DNA from: Octopus sinensis
Taxonomy: Eukaryota
Length of the DNA: 64,000 nucleotides
Reading direction: 5' to 3'
Assembly (NCBI RefSeq): GCF_006345805.1
Contig: NC_042997.1
Span: 207,762,001-207,826,000 of the forward strand
Below the pieces are notes generated by a model. The model was not told where the DNA came from and ran no database searches. It worked only from the letters and a program-made list of their open reading frames with translations. The position numbers and the translations under genes were made by a program. Shown here piece by piece: positions 8,987 through 20,930 of this stretch (position 1 is the first letter of the stretch; each line of letters begins with the position of its first letter).

Positions 8987-11900
8987 TTTTTTAGAGTTTC
9001 ATGTCATCTAAATGGCGAGATTAAAGGAACCGATGCTCTTTGGAATCGAAAACGAACCTCTCATATATTTAAACATAAAAGATAATTGATTGAAAAACAT
9101 CAAAGATGATACAAATTTTCCGAAGGCAGCAAAAAGCCAAGGCAAAAATAGTTTTAAAGGTTTAGAATCTTTTGATCAAGGTAAAATCTTTGTGAGAGTT
9201 TTTTTGAGTTTCATGTCATCTAAATGGCGAGATTAAAGGAACCGATGTTCTTTCGATTCGAAAACGAACCTCTCATATATTTAAACATAAAAGATAATTG
9301 ATTGAAAAACATCAAAGATGATACAAATTTTCCGAAGGTAGCAAAAAGCCAAGGCAAAAATAGTTTTAAAAGTTTAGAATCTTTTGATCAAGGGAAAATC
9401 TTTTTGAGAGTTTTTTTGAGTTTCATGTCATCCAAATGGCAAGATTAGAGGAATCGATGCTCTTTGGAATCGAAAACGAACCTCTCATATATTTAAACAT
9501 AAAAGATAATTGAATGAAAAACTTCAAAGATGATACAAATTTTCCGAAGGCAGCAAAAAGCGAAGGCAAAACTAGTTTTAAAATTCAAGAATCTTTTGAT
9601 CAAGGTAAAATCTTTGTGAGAGTTTTTTTGAGTTACATGTCATCCAAATGGCAAGATTAGAGGAATCGATGCTCTTTGGAATCGAAAACGAACCTCTCAC
9701 ATATTTAAACATAAAAGATAATTGATTGAAAAACATCAAATATGATACAAATTTTCCGAAGGCAACAAAAAGCCAAGGCAAAAATAGTTTTAAAGGTTTA
9801 GAATCTTTTGAACAAGGTAAAAACCTTTGTGAGAGTTTTTTTGAGTTTCATGTCATCTAAATGGCGAGATTAAAGGAACCGATGCTCTTTGGAATCGAAA
9901 ACGAACCTCTCATATATTTAAACATAACAGATAATTGATTGAAAAACATCAAAGATGATTCAAAATTTCCGAAGGCAGCAAAAAGCCAAGGCAAAAATAG
10001 TTTTAAAAGTTTAGAATCTTTTGATCAAGGTAAAATCTTTTTGAGAGATTTTTTGAGTTTCATGTCATCTAAATGGCGAGATTAAAGGAACCGATGCTCT
10101 TTGGAATCGAAAACGAACCTCTCATATATTTAAACATAAAAGATAATTGAATGAAAAACATCAAAGATGATACAAATTTTCTGAAGGCAGCAAAAAGCCA
10201 AAGCAAAAATAGTTTTAAAGGATTAGAATCTTTTCATCAAGGTAAAATCTTTGTGAGAGTTTTTTTGAGTTTCATGTCATCTAAATGGCGAGATTAAAGG
10301 AACCGATGCTCTTTGGAATCGAAAACGAACCTCTCATATATTTAAACATAAAAGATAATTGATTGAAAAACATCAAAGATGATACAAATTTTCCGAAGGA
10401 AGCAAAAAGCGAAGGCAAAAAAAGTTTTAAAGGTTTAGAATCTTTTGATCAAGGTAAAATCTTCGTGAGAGTTTTTTTGAGTTACATGTCATCTAAATGG
10501 CGAGATGAATGGAACCGATGCTCTTTGGAATCGAAAACGAACCTCTCATATATTTAAACATAAAAGATAATTGATTGAAAAACATCAAAGAGGATACAAA
10601 TTTTCCGAAGGCAGCAAAAAGCCAAGGCAAAAATAGTTTTAAAGGTTTACAATCTTTTGATCAAGTTAAAATCTTTGTGAGAGTTTTTTTGAGTTTCATG
10701 TCATCTAAATGGCGAGATTAAAGGAACCGATGCTCTTTCGATTCAAAAACGAACCTCTCATATATTTAAACATAAAAGATAATTGATTGAAAAACATCAA
10801 AGATGATACAAATTTTCCGAAGGCAGCAAAAAGCCAAGGCAAAAATAGTTTTAAAGGATTACAATCTTTTGATCAAGGTAAAATCTTAGTGAGAGTTTTT
10901 TTGAGTTTCAAGTCATCTAAATGGCGAGATTAAAGGAACCGATGCTCTTTGGAATCGAAAACGAACCTCTCATATATTTAAACATAAAAGATAATGGATT
11001 GAAAAACAGCAAAGATGATACAAATTTTCCGAAGGCAGCAAAAAGCCAAGTCAAAAGTAGTTTTAAAGGATTAGAATCTTTTGATCAAGGTAAAATCTTT
11101 GTGAGAGTTTTTATGAGTTTCATGTCATCTAAATGGCGAGATTAAAGGAACCGATGCTCTTTCGATTCGAAAACGAACCTCTCATATATTTAAACATAAA
11201 CGATAATTGAATGAAAAACATCAAAGATGATACAAATTTTCCGAAGGCAGCAAAAAGCCAAGGCAAAAATAGTTTTAAAGGTTTAGAATCTTTTGATCAA
11301 GGTAAAATCTTTGTGAGAGTTTTTTTGAGTTTCATGTCATCTAAATGGCGAGATTAAAGGAACCGATGCTCTTTGGAATCGAAAACGAACCTCTCATATA
11401 TTTAAACATAAAAGATAATTGATTGAAAAACATCAAAGATGATACAAATTTTCCGAAGGCAGCAAAAAGCCAAGGCAAAAATAGTTTTAAAGGTTTAGAA
11501 TCTTTTGATCAAGGTAAAATCTTTGTGAGAGTTTTTTTGAGTTTCATGTCATCTAAATGGCGAGATTAAAGGAACCGATGCTCTTTCGATTCGAAAACGA
11601 ACCTCTCATATATTTAAACATAAAAGATAATTGAATGAAAAACATCAAAGATGATACAAATTTTCCGAAGGCAGCAAAAAGCCAAGGCAAAAATAGTTTT
11701 AAAGGTTTAAAATCTTTTGATCAAGTTAAAATCTTTGTGAGAGTTTTTTGAGTTTCATGTCATCTAAATGGCGAGATTAAAAGGAACCGATGCTCTTTGG
11801 AATCGAAAACGAACCTCTCATACATTTAAACATAAAAGATAATTGAATGAAAAACATCAAAGATGATACAAATTTTCCGAAGGCAGCAAAAAGCCAAGTC

Positions 11901-14272
11901 AAAAATAGTTTTAAAGGTTTAGAATCTTTTGATCAACGTAAAATTTTTGTGAGAATTTTTTTGAGTTTCATGTCATCTAAATGGCGGGATTAAAGGAACC
12001 GATGCTCTTTGGAATCGAAAACGAACCTCTCATATATTTAAACATAACAGATAATTGATTGAAAAACATCAAAGATGATACAAATTTTCCGAAGGGAGCA
12101 AAAAGCCAAGGCAAAAATAGTTTTAAAGGTTTAGAATCTTTCGATCAAGGTAAAATTTTTGTGAGAGTTTTTTTGAGTTTCATGTCATCTAAATGGCGGG
12201 ATTAAAGGAACCGATGCTCTTTGGAATCGAAAACGAACCTCTCATATATTTAAACATAAAAGATAATTGAATGAAAAACATCAAAGATGATACAAATTTT
12301 CCGAAGACAGCAAAAAGTCAAAGCAAAAATAGTTTTAAAGGTTTAGAATCTTTTGATCAAGGTAAAATCTTTGTGAGAGTTTTTTTGAGTTTCATGTCAT
12401 CTAAATGGCGAGATTAAAGGAACCGATGCTCTTTGGAATCGAAAACGAACCTCTCATGTATTTAAACATAAAAGATAATTGATTGAAAAACATCAAAGAT
12501 GGTACAAATTTTCCGAAGGCAGCAAAAAGCGAAGGCAAAAATAGTTTTAAAGGTTTAGAATCTTATGATCAAGGTAAAATCTTTGTGAGAGTTTTTTTGA
12601 GTTTCATGTCATATAAATGGCGAGATTAAAGGAACCGATGCTCTTTGGAATCGAAAACGAACCTCTCATATATTTAAACATAAAAGATAATGGATTGAAA
12701 AACATCAAAGATCATACAAATTTTCTGAAGGCAGCAAAAAGCCAAGTGAAAAATAGTTTTAAAGGTTTAGAATCTTTTGATCAAGGTAAAATCTTTGTGA
12801 GAGTTTTTTTGAGTTTCATGTCATCTAAATGGCGAGATTAAAGGAACCGATGCACTTTGGAATCGAAAACGAACCTCTCATATATTTAAACATAAAAGAT
12901 AATTGATTGAAAAACATCAAAGATGATACAAATTTTCCGAAGGCAGCAAAACGCCAAGGCAAAAATAGTTTTAAATGTTTAGAATCTTTTGATCAAGGTA
13001 AAATCTTTGTGAGAGTTTTTTTGAGTTTCATGTCATCTAAATGGCGAGATTAAAGGAACCGATGCTCTTTGGAATCGAAAACGAACCTCTCATATATTTA
13101 AACATAAAAGATAATTGAATGAAAAACATCAAAGATAATACAAATTTTCCGAAGGCAGCAAAAAGCCAAGTCAAAAATAGTTTTAAAGGTTTAGAATCTT
13201 TTGATCAACGTAAAATTTTTGTGAGAATTTTTTGGAGTTTCAAGTCATCTAAATGGCGAGATTAAAGGAACCGATGCTCTTTGGAATCGAAACCGAACCT
13301 CTCATATATTTAAACATAAAAGATAATTGAATGAAAAACATCAAAGATGATACAAATTTTCCGAAGGCAGCAAAAAGCCAAGTCCAAAGTAGTTTTAAAG
13401 GTTTAGAATCTTTTGATCAAGGTAAAATCTTTGTGAGAGTTTTTATGAGTTTAATGTCATCTAAATGGCGAGATTAAAGGAACCGATGCTCTTTGGAATC
13501 GAAAACGAACCTCTCATATATTTAAACATAAAAGATAATTGAATGAAAAACATCAAAGATGATACAAATTTTCCGAAGGCAGCAAAAAGCCAAAGCAAAA
13601 ATAGTTTTAAAGGATTAGAATCTTTTCATCAAGGTAAAATTTTTGTGAGAGTTTTTTTGAGTTTCCTGTCATCTAAATGGCGAGATTAAAGGAACCGATG
13701 TTCTTTCGATTCGAAAACGAACCTCTCATACATTTAAATATAAAAGATAATTGAATGAAAAACATCAAAGATGATACAAATTTTCCGAAGGCAGCAAAAA
13801 GCTAAAGCAAAAATAGTTTTAAAGGTTTAGAATCTTTTGATCAAGGTAAAATCTTTGTGAGAGTTTTTTTGAGTTTCATGTCATCTAAATGGCGAGATGA
13901 AAGGAACCGATGCTCTTTGGAATCGAAAACAAACCTCTCATATATTTAAACATAAAAGATAATTGATTGAAAAACATCAAAGATGATACAAATTTTCTGA
14001 AAGATAAGGCAAAAATAGTTTTAAAGGTTTAGAATCTTTTGATCAAGGTAAAATCTTTGTGAGAGTTTTTTTGAGTTTCATGTCATCTAAATGGCGAGAT
14101 TAAAGGAACCGATGCTCTTTGGAATCGAAAACAAACCTCTCATATATTTAAACATAAAAGATAATTGAATGAAAAACATCAAAGATGATACAAATTTTCT
14201 GAAGGCAACAAAAAGCCAAGGCAAAAATAGTTTTAAAGGATTAGAATCTTTTGATTAAGGTAAAATCTTTGT
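8987..14272. repeat. 212-bp tandem satellite, about 25 copies
   Basis: The anchor ATGGCGAGA recurs at 9012, 9224, ..., 10921 and 12617 (12617-10921 = 8 x 212). Units are AT-rich and highly similar. Confidence 0.97.
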
Positions 14273-15061
14273 CTTCTCATTTGTTGTCTTTGTATTTATA
14301 TTTAGGTGAGAGAAGAAATGTAATTTTGAACTTCATTTAATATTGGCATCTCTAGGAACTGAATCAAAATTTGTGCCCTTAAATAAAGTGGGTTTTTGTG
14401 TCCTTTATCGTAGCTAAACAAAGTTGTCAAGCCTCCTTAATCCTGCTGCCTGAAAATGAACAGAGGAAATATGCTGGAAATAACAGCCAAATCCCACAAA
14501 ACTGCGATAACATAATGAAAGAAATATGGAATGAATCTACTCACCTTCTTTTCTGCAAAGGATTCTTTCAGAGTAATCCGTGACAAAGTGAAATGAAAGT
14601 GTTTTCGTTTTTGACGAGTGAAACCTCCCAGCCATGGACGGCCGTCGGGAATAAACTTGGGCAAAAGGGTTTGAGAAATGTTATAAGAAATTCTGGGAAT
14701 CTTTTCTTCGCCGTAAATCCATAAATTTCTCCAAACATAGATCCGTCAACGCCAGACCATTTCCTATCGCCCGAATCACCCAACCATACACTTTGACTAT
14801 TCGGGACCAACAGACCTCGACTTGCTTTCCGCAACGGAACGGGTTGCGGAAATCTTCGGAATAAGGAGGGGGGTCTTTTTTTTTTAAATTGAAATTTTAC
14901 AAACAATTTTTCTTTTCAGAATCGGACATCTCCATAGCCGAAACGTGGGATTCCATAAAAACCAATTATTTTTTTCTAAAGGGATGGACGGGTCCCTTTA
15001 CGTCTCCGCCACGTACTGGTTCAGTGAATTTACGGAATTTACCGAATGCCGTCTCAATCTT

Positions 15062-15235
15062 TTTTTTTTCTTTACTACCCACAAGGGGACAAACAAGTAC
15101 AGACAAACGGATTAAGTCGATTACATGGACCCCAGTGCGTAACTGGTACTTAATTTACCGATCCCGAAAGGATGAAAGGCAAAGTCGACCTCGGCGGAAT
15201 TTGAACTCAGAACGTAACGGCAGACGAAACACCAC
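15062..15235 (-). mobile_element. OR-type SINE (partial)
   Basis: Reverse complement of the 15665-15900 unit. Confidence 0.85.
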
Positions 15236-15386
15236 AAACTTCTCATTCTTTATTTTGGCACAACGGGGCCATAACACACAGAGGGGACAGTACAAGAACT
15301 GAGAGGACATTACGGTGGGGATATAAAACATTTGAACGAACGAAGGAAGGATGAATTCTAATAATGGGGGTGAAAATGGATGCATG

Positions 15387-16645
15387 CTATCCACTCGCAA
15401 GCAGAATAAATTTTAAATGTTTTTCTTTTTTCTCTTTTATTCCGTTTTGTATCAGTTTTATAGTCATTAAATTTGCTTTTCCCCACCCTTTTATGTACGG
15501 TAGTTGGTCCTCATAATCTATCACTGGCGGCAAGTCATCAAACTCCACGCGTTCTCCTTCTGGGTCGATCTTATTTCCAAATAATTCTCCCAGTTCTTCA
15601 CATCCTTCTTTGTCAATCACAATTGCCTTGCTGTTTCTCTGGATAATATTCCGTCGTTAACTTCTAAGGCGGCAGGAGCTGGCAGAACCGTTAGCACGCC
15701 GGGCGAAATGTTTGGCGGTATTCCGTCCGTCCCTACGTTCTGAGTTCAAATTCCACCGAGATCGATTTTGCCTTTCATCCTTTCGGGGTCAATTAAATAA
15801 GTACCAGTCACGCACTGAGGGTCGATATAATCGACTTAATCCGTTTGTCTGTCCTTGTTTGTCCCCTCTGTGTTTAGCCCCTTGTGGGTAGTAAAGAAAT
15901 AGGTATTTCGTCTGCCGCTACGTTCTGAGTTCAAATCCCGCCGAGGTCGACTTTGCCTTTCATCCTTTCGGGGTCAATTAAATAAGTACCAGTTACGCAC
16001 TGGGGTCGATATAATCGACTTAATCCGTTTGTCCCCTCTGTGTTTAGCCCCTGTGGGTAGTAAAGAAATAGATAATATTCCGTTATTAACTTCACTCTCG
16101 CAACCGTCTTCATTTTGGTTATTCTCTTTTTCAATTTCCGTGTTTTTCGAATATGTCACCATCTGCCATTTCTTCTTTTTTGGTTCTTATTTGTTCCTGT
16201 GTTTCCAATTGGTTTTCTACTTTGGTTTCCCTTGTTGCCATTGTTGGAATCTCCTGCTGTGTCTCTTCCAGTTTATTTTCCTTCCTCTTTGGACCCTTTG
16301 GCGGTGAGTCTACGTATTCCTTCCTTTTTCTTTTTACCTATTCACCACCTTATTATATTCTTCCTCCACCTTCTCTGGACATTGGTCACTCACTCGCTGG
16401 GGTCGCCGCTTCGACATTTTGCTCCTGCTCGTTGCCCCTTGTTGCTGCTATTCCTGTCAATCTTTCTCGTCGTTCTGGGCCACACCTTGCTCTCATGTGT
16501 CCCCTTGCTCCACACTGGTAACAGGTCGGAGCTCTTCCCCCCATCACTAACTCTTAATTTCACCAAGTCTTGCAATGTCACCTTATATCACCACCTCTTT
16601 CGTTCTCGTTACTTTTAAAACTTTCGCCGCCTCCTCTTCCGTGTT
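15387..16645 (-). pseudogene. Degenerate ORF1 (gag-like, CCHC knuckle) of a Tx1/L1-like LINE
   Basis: Minus-strand GRAPTCYQCGARGHMRARC (CX2CX4HX4C, 16482-16523), analogous to GRKPRCYKCSKKGHIKSNC in the 49-50 kb ORF1. It is split by a SINE insertion. Confidence 0.6.
15665..16070 (+). mobile_element. Tandem OR-type SINE dimer with 23-bp target-site duplication
   Basis: Two head-to-tail units, the second lacking the head. Flanks are GATAATATTCCGTCGTTAACTTC (15642-15664) and GATAATATTCCGTTATTAACTTC (16071-16093). Confidence 0.85.
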
Positions 16646-16689
16646 GTACTTAATGCCTCTACGTTCTGAGTTCAAATTCCGCCGAGGTC

Positions 16690-16944
16690 AACAACCTTGG
16701 CTATACACACCATCAAGTAAACCGCAGTCAGCATTTTGTTGATCCAGTCAACCCATCAGTCCACACTCAAAATATTGAGCGTTTATGGCGAATGCTCTAG
16801 AATAGTATAATTCGATCTGGAATGGGGCCCGAATACCTGAAGCAGTAGGTCGCTCGGTTCCTTTTCCTAGGGGCTGCCTCACCACCAACCCAGCGACTTC
16901 ATAAGTTTCTTGTGGGGGCTGCAACATTATATCCATGTTCCTGA
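16690..16944 (+). mobile_element. Merlin (IS1595/ISXO2-like) transposase C-terminal relic
   Basis: One frame reads LGYTHHQVNRSQHFVDPVNPSVHTQNIERLWRML*...YLKQ*VARFLF...LYP, matching the H..VNH..FVDP...HTQ.IE.LW signature. Two stops. Confidence 0.75.
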
Positions 16945-17536
16945 AGACAAGGAAGACTATACACAAACATTATTTTAATTAGTATCTTTTAAAACACACA
17001 ACTGAGGCCCTATGGGTCCCAAATCAAAAGATGGTTGAAGTGTATTACTGGATCATCGGGTGATATGAAATTGCCCAAGTTCATCCCCGCCAAATTACAA
17101 CAGCGTACATGGCGGAGGTTTTAGTTGTAAAAAAAAAAAAAAGAACACTCTCATTTCACTTTGTCACAGATTACTCTGAAAGAAACCTTTGCAGAAAGAT
17201 GAGTAGATTCGGTCCATATTTCTTTCATTGTGTTATCGCAGTTTTGTGAGATTTGGCTGTTATTTCTAGCATATTTTTCTCTGTTCATTCGCACACAAGC
17301 CGTTCATTTTAAATTTTAGACAGAGGAATGCAGTGGCGAGGGTTGTATGAATCAATTTCGGAGTTTCCTCACAGAAAATTAGAAATGAATTATTTTTAAC
17401 CAATGCAATAGGTGGACGTACGTGTGTCACTGAAGCCATTCATTCATTCATAAAGTATATAAAACCGGAAACGAACACAGAATTAAGACTGTTGGGGCTA
17501 CACAAAATCTACCCGACGACTTAGTTTACACATATT

Positions 17537-18327
17537 GGATCTTTTCGGTTTGAACGGCAGTTTTTAACACAATTTCTAGTTAACTAAACACTTTTAAACT
17601 TCGTATACTGGTAGAATGTGTTTATAAAACATCATTTTTTCTTGGCTTTATTGAGAAAATTCTATAGTTTGTAAGATATTTCGTCTGAAATTTCGAGCAT
17701 TTCGGCAATTTTAACCAATCGTTCACCTCCATTTGGGGTGAAAATATACTGTGCTGTATGAATATGTCCCTCGTTTAAGAAACAGATTGGGTTTATTTAC
17801 ATTTTCGAAGAAAAAAGATATCCTTCCCCCACCCCTAACCCTAACTCTCACCCTAAATATAAAATAGATTGAAATGCAATAGATCGATACTAGGGTTATA
17901 ATTATGGGTGACATTTTCATTTGACACCGCTAGAAAAAAATCCCATTTCCTATAGCGGTGTCGTATGAAATTGTCACCCATAATTATGACCCTAGTATCG
18001 ATCTATTGCATTGCAATCTATTTTAGGGTTAGGGTTAGGGGTGGGGGAAGGGTATCTTTTTTTCTTCGCAAATGTAAATAAACCCAATCAATCTGTTCTT
18101 AAACAAGGGACATATTCATACAGCACGGAATCTTTTCACCCCAAACGGAGGTGAGCGATTGGTTAAAATTGCCGAAATGTTCGATTTTAAAGTGGAAATA
18201 TGTTACAACATATAGAATTGTCTCAACAAAGCCAAGAAAAAATGATGTTTTATAAACACATTCTACCAGTATACAAAGTTTAAAAGTGTTTAGTTAACTA
18301 GAAATTGTGTTGACATCTGCCGTTCAA
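17537..18327. mobile_element. Two inverted copies of a ~410-bp MITE forming a ~790-bp palindrome
   Basis: 17537-17933 is the reverse complement of 17953-18327, with a spacer of about 20 bp. Both copies lack the inner TIR. Confidence 0.85.
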
Positions 18328-18710
18328 TGGGTTTAAAACAATGTTTAGGAAACGAATATGAAAAAAAATGCGTGCAAAGCAACGGGAGGTGGGTAGAGGA
18401 CTTCAGAAAATTCACAAAATCCAAGTTTTCCCCTCATAACCTTTAGGAAAATGGTTTTAAAAATTTTTTTAATGAATTTTTATATAAATACCTTTGAAAC
18501 GGCATACGTTACGATTATAAAGTAATTTGTTGGGAGAGGACTTTCGGAAAATACCCAAGATCCGAATTTTTCACATTCCACTTTCTAGATATTCTAGCGT
18601 ATGTTTATTTCTACCCACTTTCAATAATTTTTAGTGTTTTGGCTTCAATTTTGTTTCATTTTCAATTGTTTTTACCCTTTTTTTAACCCTTCATTCTTAT
18701 TCTCATTCAC

Positions 18711-19121
18711 GGATCTTTTCGGTTTGAATGGCAATTTTTCTAGCGATGTCATATGAAATTGTCACCCATAATTATGACCCTAGTATCGATCTATTGAATT
18801 TCAATCTGTTTTAGGGTTAGGGGTTGGGGGAAGGGTATCTTTTTTCTTCACAAAGGTAAATAAACCCAATCTGTTTCTTAAACGAGGGACATATTCATAC
18901 GGCACAGAATGTTTTTTTGACCTCAATAGATGTCATTGATTGGTTGAAATTGCAGAAATTGAAAATAAAAAACAACATATATCTTACAAACAATAGAATT
19001 TTCTCAATAAAACCAAGAGAAAAAGATGTTTTATAAACACATTCTACCAGTATAGGAAGTTTAAAATTTTTTAGCTACCTAAAAATTATGTTAAAAACTG
19101 CCGTTCAAACCAAAAAGCTCT
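18711..19121 (+). mobile_element. Complete MITE of the same family (TIR GGATCTTTTCGGTTTGAA..GCA), with an internal TTAGGG-like motif
   Basis: Terminal inverted repeats at 18711-18738 and about 19094-19121. The body is homologous to 17953-18327. Confidence 0.8.
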
Positions 19122-19297
19122 GAAAAACTAGCCAAAAACAATAAAAAATATTATAATAATTTCGTTTAGCTGTTGTTCCTAGCATGTCAGGTTTTCTAGT
19201 GGTCGTCTGATATTTTTGACATCTGCTATTTCAGTAGACGGTTAGACATGTTCTGTCAAAGTGCAGACTAGCACTAGAAACATATACATGGCGGCAT

Positions 19298-19930
19298 AAT
19301 TTTAATTTTAATTTTAATTTTAATTTTTTTTTGGCTCAAAAAGCAAAAGCAAGGCCATGTAGGGGGACATGGAGTTATGTACAAGGAGGGTGTTCATACA
19401 AAGAGTTCAGGCCATTTCTGGGGAAGAGAGACTTTGAACCGAGCAGTCATCGGTATCTTCACTATCTTGTCCGGCAGCTTATTCCATGGATCCGCAACCC
19501 GGACGGAGAAAGCCCCTCTCCTTCGATTGAGATGAAATCGTCGCAGATAGAGCTTTTCGGAGTGACCCCGCAGCCGACGTTCTGGAGCAGGAGTGAAGAA
19601 CAGCTCTTTCGAGAGGTTACACTTTCCGCTTATGATGTTGTGAGCGAGAATTAGATCTCCACGGCGTCGTCGTTTTTCTAGAGAATAAAGGTCGAGCGTC
19701 TTCAGCCTTTCTTCATAAGACAAATTCTTGAGACCGAGAACCATGTGGGTAGCCAGCTTCTGGACTCTTTCGAGATGCTGTATGTCTTTGAGGAGATAAG
19801 GAGAAGAGGCTTGAATCCCGTACTCCAATATGGGTCTCACCAGCGTGACACAGACCGGTAGGAATATGGCTGCTGTGAGTATTCTGAATGACCGTTGAAT
19901 CAAAAACAGAACTCCACGTGCTTTGTTGGC
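19298..19930 (-). mobile_element. CR1-clade LINE 3' end with (AAAATT)n tail
   Basis: RPILEYG...LERVQK..SYEERL..L.SLEKRRRRGDLI...RGH...FSVRV..WNKLP. Tail at 19298-19332. Confidence 0.9.
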
Positions 19931-20930
19931 ATAATCAAGTCCTAGGCGTCATAAGCGCAGCACTCAAGGAGAAGATTGAGAAGTACAATAGGGGAGAGTA
20001 CCCAAAAGTATAAAAGCGCAGGAAAGTATACTTCCACAAGGAGGGAAACGGTTACAAAACCAGGCCTACAAGTAAAGTATACGAGATAGACGAAAGATGG
20101 AAAGGATACTGGGAGGTGGCCACGGACTTGGAAAGACAAGTAATATTTCCACTAATAAAAACGACAAAAAGACCAGATTTAGTCCTATGGGACAGAGACC
20201 GGAGAATAGGAATTTTACTCGAACTGACAGTACCTTGGGAAGAGAACATCGGCAATGCAGAGAAACGAAAGGAGAAGAGGTACGAAAACCTAATCGAAGA
20301 ATGCAGAGAACAGGGATGGAATGTTGAATATTATCACCTGGCAGTGGGGGCTAGGGGCTTCGTTGAAAGGAAAATGACAATGCTTTTCAAAAGAAGATTT
20401 TTTTTTTCTAGCTCCGAGCTGCAAAAACTAATAAGGAGAGTACAGGAGGTGGTCGAAAAAGCCAGCTTCTATAATATGGCTGAAGCGGGAAGACCGAAAA
20501 TGGCTTGAAAGTCATAACATGCCGGTGGGAAATAACATCACTAGATGAGACAAGCTGACACTGAATCAGCTTCACTGACTGACAGGTGACGGTCATTTAG
20601 AAAATGCGCGGACTAAAACTACGCGCCTTCACTAGACAGTTAAGGTGAGACAGTGTCACGTGACAACTTGCTGGGGCTGCCTGCTGGAGCCTAGCAGCAG
20701 GTATTTAAAGGGAAAAATTGACAAGTCAGTCAGTCACCGACTGACACTCGCTGACGATACATCGAAGAGGCCAGGGAACAGAAGAAAGAAGAAGAAAGAA
20801 GACATGCACCCAACACCAGAGCTGAAGACACCTCCGGAAGCGGGGCGGCCGCCACTTCAAAACAGTAGAGGAGTAGGGGCTGAAACCGGACGTGGTTCCT
20901 CCTGATGATGTCTTGAGCTAACTGGATCCT
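19927..20930 (+). mobile_element. 5'-truncated RLE-type non-LTR retrotransposon (HERO/NeSL-like), endonuclease domain plus 3' UTR
   Basis: HNQVL...RPDLVLW...LLELTVPWEE...KRY..L..C...GW...AVGARGF (PD-(D/E)xK nuclease), with one in-frame stop. The 3' end is approximate. Confidence 0.8.

Larger units (their letters stand above)
14450..17292. repeat. Long inverted-repeat pair (arms about 14450-14665 and 17068-17292), possible TIRs of a DNA transposon
   Basis: CAGAGGAAATATGCTGGAAATAACAGCCAAATC...GTGACAAAGTGAAATG...AAACCTCC..GCCATG...AACTTGGGCAA is present in reverse complement at 17068-17292. Confidence 0.7.

Noticed and set aside
8987-14272. Repeated MARLKEPMLFG... ORFs as a repeat protein
   Set aside because: The 212-bp period shifts frame in each unit, and stops are present in most copies.
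17395-17465. CCAAT plus TATATAAAA promoter-like arrangement
   Set aside because: No downstream gene is evident, and such motifs are common by chance in AT-rich, TE-derived DNA.
20870-20915. Type II hammerhead-like motifs (GAAA...GUU...CUGAUGA) in the HERO-like 3' UTR
   Set aside because: Only 4 nt lie between the putative cleavage site and CUGAUGA, so stem I cannot form, and stem II opens with a U-U mismatch.
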